Origin: Candidatus Peregrinibacteria bacterium
Lineage (GTDB): Bacteria; Patescibacteriota; Gracilibacteria; UBA1369; JACRIC01
Assembly: GCA_016188705.1 (NCBI GenBank)
Contig: JACPHH010000028.1
Span: forward strand, 1,534-65,533
DNA length: 64,000 nucleotides
Reading direction: 5' to 3'
The position numbers and the translations under genes were made by a program. Shown here in pieces: positions 49,621 to 59,144 of the stretch. The notes under the pieces are model-generated. The model saw only the letters and a list, made by a program, of their open reading frames with translations, was not told where the DNA came from and ran no database searches. Position 1 is the first letter of the stretch; each line of letters opens with the position of its first letter.

Positions 49621-49728
49621 GGATCATACGCAAATTTTCGTCCTTTTTGATCCAGCCGAGTATCCGAGCGACGAGCCCCCGCCTTCCAGCGATATGTACT
49701 TTTTTTCAAAGGAAAAAGCGTATGATCC
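49621..49728. mobile_element. Family B element, internally deleted copy with 8-bp target duplication
   Basis: TAACTGCC|GGATCATACGC...GCGTATGATCC|TAACTGCC; body is nearly the reverse complement of 44848-44942. Confidence 0.85.
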
Positions 49729-49811
49729 TAACTGCCTGCCATTTTTTATACCGTTTGATTCTTTAGTCGCGGGAGGTTACAATAAAATCTCAATAAAAAA
49801 AACATTACTCT

Positions 49812-51077
49812 ATGCCAAAATTTCTCATCGACGGCGGAAAAAAACTCAATGGCGAAATACATGTTTCAGGCTCAAAAAATGCCACGCTTCCAATACTCGC
49901 GGCCTGCCTTTTGACTGACGAACCCTGCACTCTCAAAAATGTACCCGATATTGCCGATGTTCATAGCATGATTCACCTTTTAAAAGGACTCGGCGTGAAA
50001 GTGCGTTTTCAAAATAATACAGTGCTTATTCACGCGGAAAAAGTGAAAAAAACAGCTATTGATGACCCCTTAGTAGGAAAATTTCGAGCTTCCATTCTTC
50101 TTCTTGGACCACTTTTGCGACGGCTTGGAGATGTTCGACTGAACTTTCCCGGCGGTTGCGTTCTTGGAAAACGTTCCATTTATGCCCACCTTCATGCGCT
50201 TCAGGAATTAGGTGGAAAAATTGAGGGAAAAAGCACGCATATTCATCTTCGCGGTAATCATTTACAAGGAAAAAATTTTGTTATGTCGGAAATAAGCGTT
50301 ACCGCGACGGAAAACGCCATTATGGCGGCGGTATTAGCCGAAGGGATGACAATTATACGGCTTGCTGCAGCCGAACCGCATGTTCAAGATCTCTGTCTTT
50401 TTCTTAATAAAATGGGGGCTCGTATTAAAGGAATTGGAACCCACGCGCTTATTATACACGGGGTAAAAAAACTGAAGGGAACGGGATACAAAATTACTTC
50501 AGATTATCTCGAAGTCGGAACACTTGCCCTCGCGGCGGCTCTCACGAAAGGAACCGTGACTATAAAAGGCATAGAATCCCATCATTTGGACTCGTTTTGG
50601 AATAAACTTGAGGAAGTTGGGGCAAAATTTGAGCTCAAGACAAACGAAGTCACCATATATCCCACGGACCATTTTATGGCCGTTGAAAAGCTGAGGACAG
50701 CGGTATATCCGAGTTTTGCCACTGACTTGCAGGCGCCATTTTCAGTGCTTTTGACGCAAGCGGACGGAGAGAGTTTTATTTTTGAAACTCTGTTTGAAGG
50801 CCGACTGAATTATTTGTTTGAACTTGAAAAAATGGGAGCAAAACTGGCAATAATAAATCCTCATCAGGCCCGTATTCATGGTCCGACGGCGCTCAAAGCC
50901 GTGCCTGTGGCAAGCTGTGATATTCGAGCCGGCACCGCCATGGTACTCGCGGCGCTTATTGCCAAAGGCACGACCGAAATCAGCAATATTTATTACATTG
51001 ATCGAGGCTACGAAAATCTTGATAAAAAATTGCGGAGTTTGGGCGCTTCGATTCAGCGCTCAGAGGAAAAATTGTGA
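49812..51077 (+). CDS. murA: UDP-N-acetylglucosamine 1-carboxyvinyltransferase
   Basis: SGSKNA, PGGC.LG.R, SVTATEN, DIRAG, IDRGYE. Confidence 0.97.
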   Translation: MPKFLIDGGKKLNGEIHVSGSKNATLPILAACLLTDEPCTLKNVPDIADVHSMIHLLKGLGVKVRFQNNTVLIHAEKVKKTAIDDPLVGKFRASILLLGPLLRRLGDVRLNFPGGCVLGKRSIYAHLHALQELGGKIEGKSTHIHLRGNHLQGKNFVMSEISVTATENAIMAAVLAEGMTIIRLAAAEPHVQDLCLFLNKMGARIKGIGTHALIIHGVKKLKGTGYKITSDYLEVGTLALAAALTKGTVTIKGIESHHLDSFWNKLEEVGAKFELKTNEVTIYPTDHFMAVEKLRTAVYPSFATDLQAPFSVLLTQADGESFIFETLFEGRLNYLFELEKMGAKLAIINPHQARIHGPTALKAVPVASCDIRAGTAMVLAALIAKGTTEISNIYYIDRGYENLDKKLRSLGASIQRSEEKL

Positions 51078-51088
51078 AATCGTCTCCG

Positions 51089-52000
51089 CTACAAAAATGG
51101 AGGAGACGTGATCATTATGCGATTTCCTTTTTCAAGAGTAAAAAGGCATCCATTATCGGTGAGCGTGACTTTAATTCGACCTTGAATATCATTGCGAAAA
51201 ATTTCAATAGCACGATCGGAAAAGCGTTGTAAGATTTTTTTATGAGGGTGGCCATAATTGTTGTTTTGCCCTGATTGTATAACAACATAGCGGGGTTGAA
51301 TCGCGTCGATAAAGGCTTCGGAATTACTCGTGGAACTCCCATGGTGTCCTGCTTTCATGAGGATTGAGGAGAGAGTAAATCCTTTTTTGAGTATTTGCGA
51401 TTCTATTTTTTCCTGAGCATCGCCGGTAAGAAGCACGGAAACCTTGTCTGAAACGAATCGCAGCACAATGGAGCTACTGTTGATATCACTGACATGCTTG
51501 CCGGTCAGTGGAGAAAAAGGATAGAGAATGTCCAAGTACATGCCATTTCCTAGAAAAAAATCTTCATCATTTCTTGCGATGAAAACAGGAATATTTTTTA
51601 ATGTAAGATTTTGAAGAAAAGTGGTATAAAATTCGCTTTCGTAAGCGACACCTGTGAAAAGAACGCCTTTGACTTCGTAGCGTTCGAGAACAGCTAAAAG
51701 CCCTCGTACATGATCGGCATGGGGATGAGTAAGAATCATGAAGTCGATGGTTCGATCAAAAAAAGGAAGGACCTCGCCAAGAGAAGTAATTTCATCGGTC
51801 TCAGAAGGTCCTCCGTCTATAAGAATATTTTGAAAGAGCGGAGTGCGGATAAGAATGCTGTCGCCCTGGCCAATATCGAAAAAAATAATTTCCGGATCGC
51901 TGTTCGGAAGACGACTAAGAAACAGCGAAAGAAGAAAAATAACGGTTAAAATCGTTCCGTAGGTCCAAAACCAAAAACGTGAAAAGGATATTGCGTTCAT
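51089..52000 (-). CDS. ComEC-like metallo-beta-lactamase nuclease domain protein
   Basis: FFDIGQGDS, LIDGG, THPHADH, LLTGDA, GHHGS, YGHPH; N-terminal TM. Confidence 0.88.
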   Translation of the reverse strand: MNAISFSRFWFWTYGTILTVIFLLSLFLSRLPNSDPEIIFFDIGQGDSILIRTPLFQNILIDGGPSETDEITSLGEVLPFFDRTIDFMILTHPHADHVRGLLAVLERYEVKGVLFTGVAYESEFYTTFLQNLTLKNIPVFIARNDEDFFLGNGMYLDILYPFSPLTGKHVSDINSSSIVLRFVSDKVSVLLTGDAQEKIESQILKKGFTLSSILMKAGHHGSSTSNSEAFIDAIQPRYVVIQSGQNNNYGHPHKKILQRFSDRAIEIFRNDIQGRIKVTLTDNGCLFTLEKGNRIMITSPPFL

Positions 52001-52063
52001 AGAAAAATCTTCCCTCAAAACATACAGAAGAAAGTTAAAATTTTTCTAAAGCAGAAATAAAAT

Positions 52064-52139
52064 AGACTCACTGCGCAGTGAGTTTAATAGCTTTAAGAAA
52101 AACGTGATTTCGTTACGAAGTCACGTTTTTCAGAGGCTC
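52064..52139. repeat. Probable terminator hairpin plus collapsed family A hairpin
   Basis: ACTCACTGCGCAGTGAGT; GAAAAACGTGA-TTTCGTTACGAAG-TCACGTTTTTC then AGAGGCTC|TTTA. Confidence 0.55.
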
Positions 52140-52180
52140 TTTAAGTTATCCATCTGTTTATTGTCGTAATTAAAGAAAAA

Positions 52181-53662
52181 TTATACTTTCAGCGCAAATT
52201 TTTTTCGTACAATCGCAAAACCTAATATTCCGGAAAGGAGAGAAAGCGCTATCAGTCCTCCCGGACCGGTTTTTGGAAGTTCCGATGGACATTGAAGGCA
52301 TGAACTTGCGGTAACTCCGAGGCTTTCATTGCCTGACGTGTCTCGGGTCGAAATTTTAAAGGTATAACTCATGGTTGGATCCAGAGTAAGTTCATAACTT
52401 GTGGAATCTGGAGCAAGAATTGTGCCTTGATCATAAGTTTTGCCAATATCGGTACTGACATACACGACATAATTTTTAAGATCCCCTGCTGAATTTAAGG
52501 AAGCTGTCCAGCTGAGTTTTGCGGCATTATTTTGAATAGCGGTAATAATATTCGTGACCTCTTCCGGCGGAGTGGTGTCACTATTAGAATTAATGGCTTG
52601 CTCATTCACAAAACGTGCTCGCGAAGTATAATCATCGGCAATAAGATTACCCGCGAGATCGCTCACGTTTTGGACTTTTATTTCATATTCCGTATTGGCG
52701 ACTTGCTCTTCGGTTGTAAGAGTCGCGGTTTTTTTATCATCACTAAGACTGGCGCTATACACGGAAAGATTTACAGCGCTTCCATCGACTTCTGTAATTT
52801 GAAAATTATCACTGCCGTTCACGACGACAGGTTCAGAGAAAGTAATCTGTGCTTGAGTTGTACTGGTCGCGTCGGCGCTTATGATTTCAGGAGCGACGGT
52901 ATCCGTGGAAGAGGGTTGAGTCGGTTGTGGAGTGGTTGAGGAAACTCCTGTAAAACTCGCCGTATCCGATTCTCCGCTTTCAATAGGATTGCCGGCGGTA
53001 TCTTTCACCGCAATTCCAAGGGTAAGAATGTATGAGGCGCCTGCGACTTGTTGAGCAGTAGTGAGAAGAACCGTTTTTCCTTGAATGTCTTCAATGTCCA
53101 TTTCAACTTTCGTGACAGATAAAGGTTCCAGCGTGTCGGATTTTTCAATGGAAAAAGCGGTTTCAGGTTTATCGGCTGGAAGTGTAATGGATTCGGAAAA
53201 AATAACTCTTACTTGTGTGTTAGTCAGGGCTATTGCCGAAGTTACCGTTGGAGCTACCGTATCAACGGAAGTCGTACTCCCTTTTGGAGTGGCGCTTGCT
53301 TCATAGCTGTAATTTTCAGATTCATTTCCTGCCGCATCAAGAGCTGTTATCGCAAAATAGTATGTAGTCCCGTTTTTAAGGTTTTTGACCGTATAAGTAA
53401 GTACATTGCCTGCTTCAATGGGGAATTGATACTGGCCGCCATCAACCGTAACAGATTCAATGCCATAGTACACCTTGTAAGAAACAGTATCTTTATCGAC
53501 CGAAGCATCCCATCGAAGGGTTACTTGCCCATCACCGGCAGTAGCAATAACATTTTCTGGTTCTGAGGGAGAAGTAACATCTTTCGTTTGAGCGAGTACG
53601 GCCTGAAACGAGATTAAAATGCTTAAAAGGCCAACAAAGAGGAAAAAGGTTATTTTTTTCAT
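52181..53662 (-). CDS. Fn3/Ig-like surface protein with LPxTG sorting signal
   Basis: Signal peptide, two Fn3 domains (DAAGNES, DTSGNES), two Ig-like domains, LPKTG plus TM plus RKK. Confidence 0.85.
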   Translation of the reverse strand: MKKITFFLFVGLLSILISFQAVLAQTKDVTSPSEPENVIATAGDGQVTLRWDASVDKDTVSYKVYYGIESVTVDGGQYQFPIEAGNVLTYTVKNLKNGTTYYFAITALDAAGNESENYSYEASATPKGSTTSVDTVAPTVTSAIALTNTQVRVIFSESITLPADKPETAFSIEKSDTLEPLSVTKVEMDIEDIQGKTVLLTTAQQVAGASYILTLGIAVKDTAGNPIESGESDTASFTGVSSTTPQPTQPSSTDTVAPEIISADATSTTQAQITFSEPVVVNGSDNFQITEVDGSAVNLSVYSASLSDDKKTATLTTEEQVANTEYEIKVQNVSDLAGNLIADDYTSRARFVNEQAINSNSDTTPPEEVTNIITAIQNNAAKLSWTASLNSAGDLKNYVVYVSTDIGKTYDQGTILAPDSTSYELTLDPTMSYTFKISTRDTSGNESLGVTASSCLQCPSELPKTGPGGLIALSLLSGILGFAIVRKKFALKV

Positions 53663-53773
53663 AGTGTGCGAGAGTGAAATTGAAATAGAGATAGAAAAAT
53701 GAAAATATATCTCTATATAATATCAAAAAATGAAAAGACTTGCAATATATTTTTTTTGGAGCTTTACCATTGT

Positions 53774-54733
53774 TTACACACCACAACCGCCGCCACCGCT
53801 TTGCCGTACAGGTTGGACAAGCGATTGAATGGCTCGATATCCCTTTGAACTGGAATATTGGGCGCTGAGCATTTCTTTTGGATCAACATTTTCCCAGGAA
53901 ATACCATTTTTTAACTCGTATTTGGCCAGCGTAAGATAGGTAGTTGGAAACCAATAAGCATTCACCTGAAGGGCCATTTTGTACATATCAGCTTCCGACG
54001 TGCCTTGTGATGCCATAAGTTCAAGGAGTCCGAACATAGCCATGCCGTGGTTGCAATCAGGAAAGTAGGTTGAATTATTGCAGCACGGCCGAAAAATTCC
54101 TTTCGAAACATTTTCAACCAAAATTTGTTGGTCATAAGTAAGCTTGATAAATTCGTGTTTACTGAAATGATCCATGGCGTCGCCACTCGCGAGCGTCCAG
54201 CCGCCGGTTGAAGCGAAATTTCCAGCTCCGCCATATTCTTTGTCAGACATCGGGCCTGAGTTCAAAATTTCATTTTTATTACTCAGTCCAAGCGCCCAAA
54301 ACATATTGAGAATAAAACCGGCATTATCAGCTGTAATTTTTATTTTTCCGTTTTCACTTTCGTCCACAAGTTTTTGCTCGTCTGGACCAAATCCGGGTCG
54401 TTCTTTATAGAGAGAAAGAAGCTGGTTGCGATCAATAACACCCTTTTGAACGAGCTGTTTTCCCAAGTCCCCCCACCTGGCAGGAAGTTCAATCCCTTCC
54501 AATGGTAAAACAAGTTTCGTCAGACTCTCAATATCAATGTCAACATCGCTAATGGATGTAGTGTTTGTTCGATTTTCTGACAGGGTTCGAGCTGTTTTGC
54601 TATTACGAAAGAAAAGTCCCCTTAAATCTGGCCCATAGAGATCACCAAGAACAAAGCCGACACCGAGAGTGAGAATTGTTGCTCCTGCGAATAAGCTATA
54701 AAGAACTTTTTTTGCCGTCTTTTTTTGAGTCAT
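53774..54733 (-). CDS. Membrane-anchored Cys-rich hypothetical protein
   Basis: RPCCNNSTYFPDCNHG and terminal GGGGCGV. Confidence 0.75.
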   Translation of the reverse strand: MTQKKTAKKVLYSLFAGATILTLGVGFVLGDLYGPDLRGLFFRNSKTARTLSENRTNTTSISDVDIDIESLTKLVLPLEGIELPARWGDLGKQLVQKGVIDRNQLLSLYKERPGFGPDEQKLVDESENGKIKITADNAGFILNMFWALGLSNKNEILNSGPMSDKEYGGAGNFASTGGWTLASGDAMDHFSKHEFIKLTYDQQILVENVSKGIFRPCCNNSTYFPDCNHGMAMFGLLELMASQGTSEADMYKMALQVNAYWFPTTYLTLAKYELKNGISWENVDPKEMLSAQYSSSKGYRAIQSLVQPVRQSGGGGCGV

Positions 54734-54761
54734 TGTATTTTTTTTAAAAAAATAAAATGTA

Positions 54762-55202
54762 TTACCAATCTCGGCAACAGGCGATAAGCCGTTCCATAAT
54801 TTTTTGCATATTTGGATGATTTTGAAATAAATATATGCCCGTGAATACCAACCATAGAAAAGCCAGAAATGTCATGGCCATAATGACGCCGTCTCGAATA
54901 CCAATTGAGAGATACACAATAACAGTCATGGTGATGATAAATGGCCAACGAAAGAGCTGCCACTTGACCGGCGCCTTTTTTTCAAGGAGGTAATAAAGAC
55001 CAACGACGCTTTCTCCCATGAGAACACCAATAAGTGTTGAATTGACGTTATAGCCAAAAAAACGAAAACTTAAAAGTAACAGCCAAGTACCGCTCACCGC
55101 AACGCAGACCGCGCAAAATCTAAGTCGCAAGAAACTTTGTGCTGCGATGCCCGCGACAAAAATAGCCGTAGTGAAAAGGATAAGGAGTGGTAACACGCTC
55201 AT
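54762..55202 (-). CDS. Small membrane protein with CxxC and terminal CC
   Basis: FCAVCVAV, IACCRDW; 4-bp overlaps with upstream gene. Confidence 0.7.
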   Translation of the reverse strand: MSVLPLLILFTTAIFVAGIAAQSFLRLRFCAVCVAVSGTWLLLLSFRFFGYNVNSTLIGVLMGESVVGLYYLLEKKAPVKWQLFRWPFIITMTVIVYLSIGIRDGVIMAMTFLAFLWLVFTGIYLFQNHPNMQKIMERLIACCRDW

Positions 55203-55747
55203 AGAATAAATTGCGTTATGATTGAAATAATGCCAAGGAGGGCAAGAGTGAGCAGTACGCCTTGATACGGCAATGTTATGCCGCGATATTCGGTAATGAA
55301 TCGACTGAGTCGAGGAGTAAGAAAAATAAGAATGCCGCCAGTAAAACTGCCAACGAGAAATAAATTAATAGGATATGTACGATTAAGAAGTGATCCATAT
55401 GGCCCGCGCCAGTTAATATATATGGATGTATAGTCCGAGAGGAGCATTTTCAAGGGGAGAATAGTGGTAATCCAGGAAAACACGCCGAGAATAGCATCTT
55501 GATAAATCAAATATTTTTTTTTGATGATTCTGGCAATCCAAAGACCCATAGCCACGGCAAAAGCACCAAGAAATACTCCTATGGTCAAACCGTTGACTCC
55601 GAGCCAATAAGCGCCGAGAGTTATAAGCCCTGCCCCCGCTGTGCAAAGAGGACAGTGAGCAAAGACAGTAGCAGGAAGTAGAAAAGAGCTGAAGCCAATT
55701 CCAATGATAAAGATCCTCTGAAAAACATTCTTTCGACTGCGTTTCAT
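55199..55747 (-). CDS. Membrane protein with HCPLC motif
   Basis: Signal-like segment then AHCPLCTAGAG, several TM segments, PYQG; start may lie further upstream through the MITE. Confidence 0.7.
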   Translation of the reverse strand: MKRSRKNVFQRIFIIGIGFSSFLLPATVFAHCPLCTAGAGLITLGAYWLGVNGLTIGVFLGAFAVAMGLWIARIIKKKYLIYQDAILGVFSWITTILPLKMLLSDYTSIYINWRGPYGSLLNRTYPINLFLVGSFTGGILIFLTPRLSRFITEYRGITLPYQGVLLTLALLGIISIITQFIL

Positions 55748-55784
55748 TTTGAAAACAGTGTTTTTTAGAGGTTCAATGAGTAAA

Positions 55785-55948
55785 GGAAACCCTGATAAAT
55801 ATGATTTCGTTACGAAAATTGCAAAATTCGAGCGAAAACGCTGAATGACCGACGAAGCCGTATCAAAAAAAGATACGGTAAGGAGGTCTGAAGCGTTTGC
55901 AGCCGAATTTTGCAATTTGCAGTAGTAAGCATATTTATAAGGGTTTCT
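55785..55948 (+). mobile_element. Family A element, full copy (164 bp)
   Basis: TAAA flanks on both sides; nearly identical to 56584-56747. Confidence 0.85.
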
Positions 55949-56012
55949 TAAATGAGACCGCGCGATATTCATATTTTTTTTACTGCCAATGTAAGGTGTC
56001 AAAAGTTCAAAT

Positions 56013-56498
56013 TTAGAAACTTAAATAGGGTAGCGAAGTACCGTCCGCGTTAAAACTGGAAATATCAAAAGTTCCTATTTTTCCACCAGGCATTCCAGGA
56101 GAACCTGAGGGCATTCCAGGGAGGGCGATGCCGTCAATGTCAGGCTTTTCAGTTAATAATTTTTGAATAACTTCCGAGGGTATATGGCCCTCTACTGTAT
56201 AATTTTCGATGCGAGTAGTATGACAACTTTTAAGATTATCGGGAACGCCGAATTGTTGTTTTATCGTGGCCATATTTTCAGTTAATTTTTCTTCAACTTG
56301 AACGCCTGCCTTGCGTAAATATTTAATAAAATTGGCGCAGCAGCCACACGTTACCGAACGATAGACAACGGCATTTTTCCCCGCAAGAAGGTTGTTGTTT
56401 GAGGGAGACTGATTCGTTGTCGCGATGAATAAAACGAATCCGACAACGAAGGTAAGCACGCAGATAATTACGTATTTTTTTTGATATGACTTTATCAT
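56013..56498 (-). CDS. DUF411 metal-binding protein
   Basis: TCGCC, SCHT, VEGHIP, GIALPGMPSGSPGM. Confidence 0.9.
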   Translation of the reverse strand: MIKSYQKKYVIICVLTFVVGFVLFIATTNQSPSNNNLLAGKNAVVYRSVTCGCCANFIKYLRKAGVQVEEKLTENMATIKQQFGVPDNLKSCHTTRIENYTVEGHIPSEVIQKLLTEKPDIDGIALPGMPSGSPGMPGGKIGTFDISSFNADGTSLPYLSF

Positions 56499-56583
56499 AG
56501 AGAATAAAAATTATAAAAATACCAATACCTATACCATAGGTCATGGTATTTAAAAAATACCACTTCTCATATTTGTTTGTCAA

Positions 56584-56747
56584 GGAAACCCTGATAAATA
56601 TGATTTCGTTACGAAAATTGCAAAATTCGAGCGAAAACGCTGAATGACCGACGAAGGCGTATCAAAAGAAGATACGGTGAGGAGGTCTGAAGCGTTTGCA
56701 GCCGAATTTTGCAATTTGCAGTAGTAAGCATATTTATCAGGGTTTCC
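56584..56747 (+). mobile_element. Family A element, full copy (164 bp)
   Basis: Perfect TIR GGAAACCCTGATAAATATG; flanks TCAA and TTAA. Confidence 0.88.
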
Positions 56748-56757
56748 TTAAATAAAA

Positions 56758-56861
56758 GAGCGTTAAAAAATGCGTATCAGATAAGATACGTAAAGGAGGA
56801 GTGACGAAGTCGTAGCCAAAATGGTAAAATTACAGTCGTTGGTACTTTTTTCAGAAGTTCC
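56758..56861 (+). repeat. Chimeric family B / family A remnant
   Basis: 19 bp matching the reverse complement of 44963-44981 joined at CGTA to a right half resembling the 2311 copy. Confidence 0.7.
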
Positions 56862-56891
56862 TAAGATGAATACCCTTATTATATTAAAAAC

Positions 56892-58202
56892 GTGTCAATA
56901 AATTCCTTCGTTATTATCGTGGCGGCTGGAAAATCACGGCGTTTCAAAAAAAAGCTTTTTCGGGAAATTGATGGAAAAAAAATTCTCGTTTATACGCTTG
57001 AAGCCTTTGAAAAACACCCAAGCATTCATCATGTGATCATTGTCGTTCGAAATGAAGAACAAAAAGAAATAAAAAAAATGTTACGGGAAGAAGGAATAAA
57101 AAAAGTCAAAGCTTTGGTGAATGGCGGGGAAACTCGGCAAAAAAGTGTAAAAAAAGGACTGGAGTGGCTTATAAAAGTAAAAAAGCCAAAGAAAAACGAT
57201 ATCATCATGATACATAACGGAGCCAATCCACTCGTGTCTCAAAAGGAAATAACAGACGTGCTAATGGCCGCTCAATCATTTGGAGCCGCCGCCTGCGGAG
57301 TGTCGCTTGTGGATACTATAAAAAAAGTAAAGGGTGGTTTTGTGCAAAAAACAATACTTCGGGAAAATCTCGCGGTGATGCAGACACCGCAAGCTCTTCG
57401 ATTTGACTGGCTCGTGGAAGGGATGAAAAAGGCTGAAAAAGAGGGAAAAATTTTTACGGACGATGTGAGTTTAGTAGAGCAGTTAGGGAAAAAAGTAAAA
57501 ATTGTGCAAGCGCGTGAAGAAAATAAAAAAATAACATTCGAAAGCGATATTTTGTACATGCGGCGCATAATTGAAAACAGAAAAAGACTAAAAAATATAG
57601 CTTTAAATAAAGAAAAAGGTAAAAATAATGACGATAAAAAAGATCAAAAAAGAGAAAATGACAAAAATGAGCTAAAAATGATATGTAATAATATAAAAAA
57701 ATGGCTAATAAAAAAGGAAAATAATACCAATTATTCTTTTGGAATTGGAGAGGATAGTCATGTGTTTTCAAATGAAAAAGGGCTTACTCTCGGAGGAATA
57801 TACTTTCCCTATTATCAAAAACTCGACGCGAATTCTGATGGAGACATTATTATTCATGCTCTTTTTAACGCGCTTTCCTCTGCCATTGGCGGTGATTCTC
57901 TTGGTAAAACGGCAGATTCCCTTTTTCAACATCAATTAATAAAAGACAGTACCGTCTATCTTAAGCCGTTATTGGAAGTTATGCAAAAACGTAACCTTAA
58001 AGTGAGTCATCTCGCTATAAGTTTGATTACCCAAAAACCAAAAATCGATGATCACGCAAAGGAAATAAAAGATTCTCTCTCAAATATTCTCAAGATGCCA
58101 AATAACCATATCGGGCTTACGGCCACATCGGGCGAAGGGCTTCCTGATTGGAAAAAAGTTATGAAATGTACCTGCGTTGCGCTTTTGGAAAAAAAGAAAT
58201 AA
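56892..58202 (+). CDS. ispDF: Bifunctional IspD/IspF with K/N-rich linker
   Basis: AAGKSRR, GGETRQKSV, QTPQ, TDD, NKKIT; GIGEDSH, NSDGDIIIHA, ATSGEGL. Confidence 0.9.
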   Translation: MSINSFVIIVAAGKSRRFKKKLFREIDGKKILVYTLEAFEKHPSIHHVIIVVRNEEQKEIKKMLREEGIKKVKALVNGGETRQKSVKKGLEWLIKVKKPKKNDIIMIHNGANPLVSQKEITDVLMAAQSFGAAACGVSLVDTIKKVKGGFVQKTILRENLAVMQTPQALRFDWLVEGMKKAEKEGKIFTDDVSLVEQLGKKVKIVQAREENKKITFESDILYMRRIIENRKRLKNIALNKEKGKNNDDKKDQKRENDKNELKMICNNIKKWLIKKENNTNYSFGIGEDSHVFSNEKGLTLGGIYFPYYQKLDANSDGDIIIHALFNALSSAIGGDSLGKTADSLFQHQLIKDSTVYLKPLLEVMQKRNLKVSHLAISLITQKPKIDDHAKEIKDSLSNILKMPNNHIGLTATSGEGLPDWKKVMKCTCVALLEKKK

Positions 58203-58216
58203 TACAAAAAATCAAT

Positions 58217-59143
58217 ATGATAACTCTTAAATCTCCCGCGAAGGTCAATCTCGCTCTCGATGTTCTTGGAAAAGATGAAAAAAGCGGCTACCACGAAATA
58301 CAAACAGTCTATCAAGAAATTCCGCTTTATGACGAAATTACCATAGAAGAGATAGCGAAAAATGAAATTCAAATAGAGTGGCGGCCATTGCATCACAATT
58401 TGATGAATCAATATATGGGAACGCACATTATCATGAATCAAAACGAGTTTCTCATGGACGCGGAGGCTTTTTCTGAACCGAAAAAAGAAGATAATACCGC
58501 GGTTCGTGCCGCGAGACTCATAAAAGAAAAATACGGCGTTAATAAAGGTCTCAAAATAAAAAAAAAAAAAAATATTCCTTTAAGGTCGGGACTTGGAGGA
58601 GGAAGTAGTAACGCTGCGGCGGTTTTAAAAGGATTAAATGTGATATGGAATCTCGGGCTTAATGTTGAACAATTGAGAAAAATCGCGGCAAAAATAGGTA
58701 TGGATGTGGCTTTTTTTATCGAAGGCGGAACAGCATACGGCACGCATTTTGGGGAAAAAATAGAAATGCTTCCGTCATTCGATGGGGATATCATGTTATT
58801 TCACACGGGGCTTGAAGTTGAAAGTAGAGCGGCGTATGCGGAGTTGGATTGCGGAAAGTGCGGACAAAATAAAGACAATACGAAAAAGATTGTTGAAGCT
58901 TTAAGAAAAGAAAAAAATAAAAGAACTTTTGAAAAACACATTTTTAAAAATGAAACACGGTTGAAAGATACGTTTCTTGAAGTTCCTAAAAATGAAATAT
59001 TTGAATTGTTCCATAATGATTTTGAATATTTGATTCAAAAAAAATTTCCGCGCATTGCCTCTGATTTTCATAGGGCGAAAAAAACTCCAGCGAAATATGT
59101 TGGACTCAGCGGTTCAGGCGGAATGATTTTCAGTGTATATTAA
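58217..59143 (+). CDS. ispE: 4-diphosphocytidyl-2-C-methyl-D-erythritol kinase
   Basis: SPAKVNLAL, GYHEIQT, IPLRSGLGGGSSNAA, GMDVAFF, NDFE, LSGSG. Confidence 0.93.
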   Translation: MITLKSPAKVNLALDVLGKDEKSGYHEIQTVYQEIPLYDEITIEEIAKNEIQIEWRPLHHNLMNQYMGTHIIMNQNEFLMDAEAFSEPKKEDNTAVRAARLIKEKYGVNKGLKIKKKKNIPLRSGLGGGSSNAAAVLKGLNVIWNLGLNVEQLRKIAAKIGMDVAFFIEGGTAYGTHFGEKIEMLPSFDGDIMLFHTGLEVESRAAYAELDCGKCGQNKDNTKKIVEALRKEKNKRTFEKHIFKNETRLKDTFLEVPKNEIFELFHNDFEYLIQKKFPRIASDFHRAKKTPAKYVGLSGSGGMIFSVY

Positions 59144-59144
59144 A

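Noticed and set aside
55785-56747. Family A copies as integron attC sites flanking a DUF411 cassette
   Set aside because: No RYYYAAC/GTTRRRY ends and no integrase; TIR plus target duplication fits a MITE better
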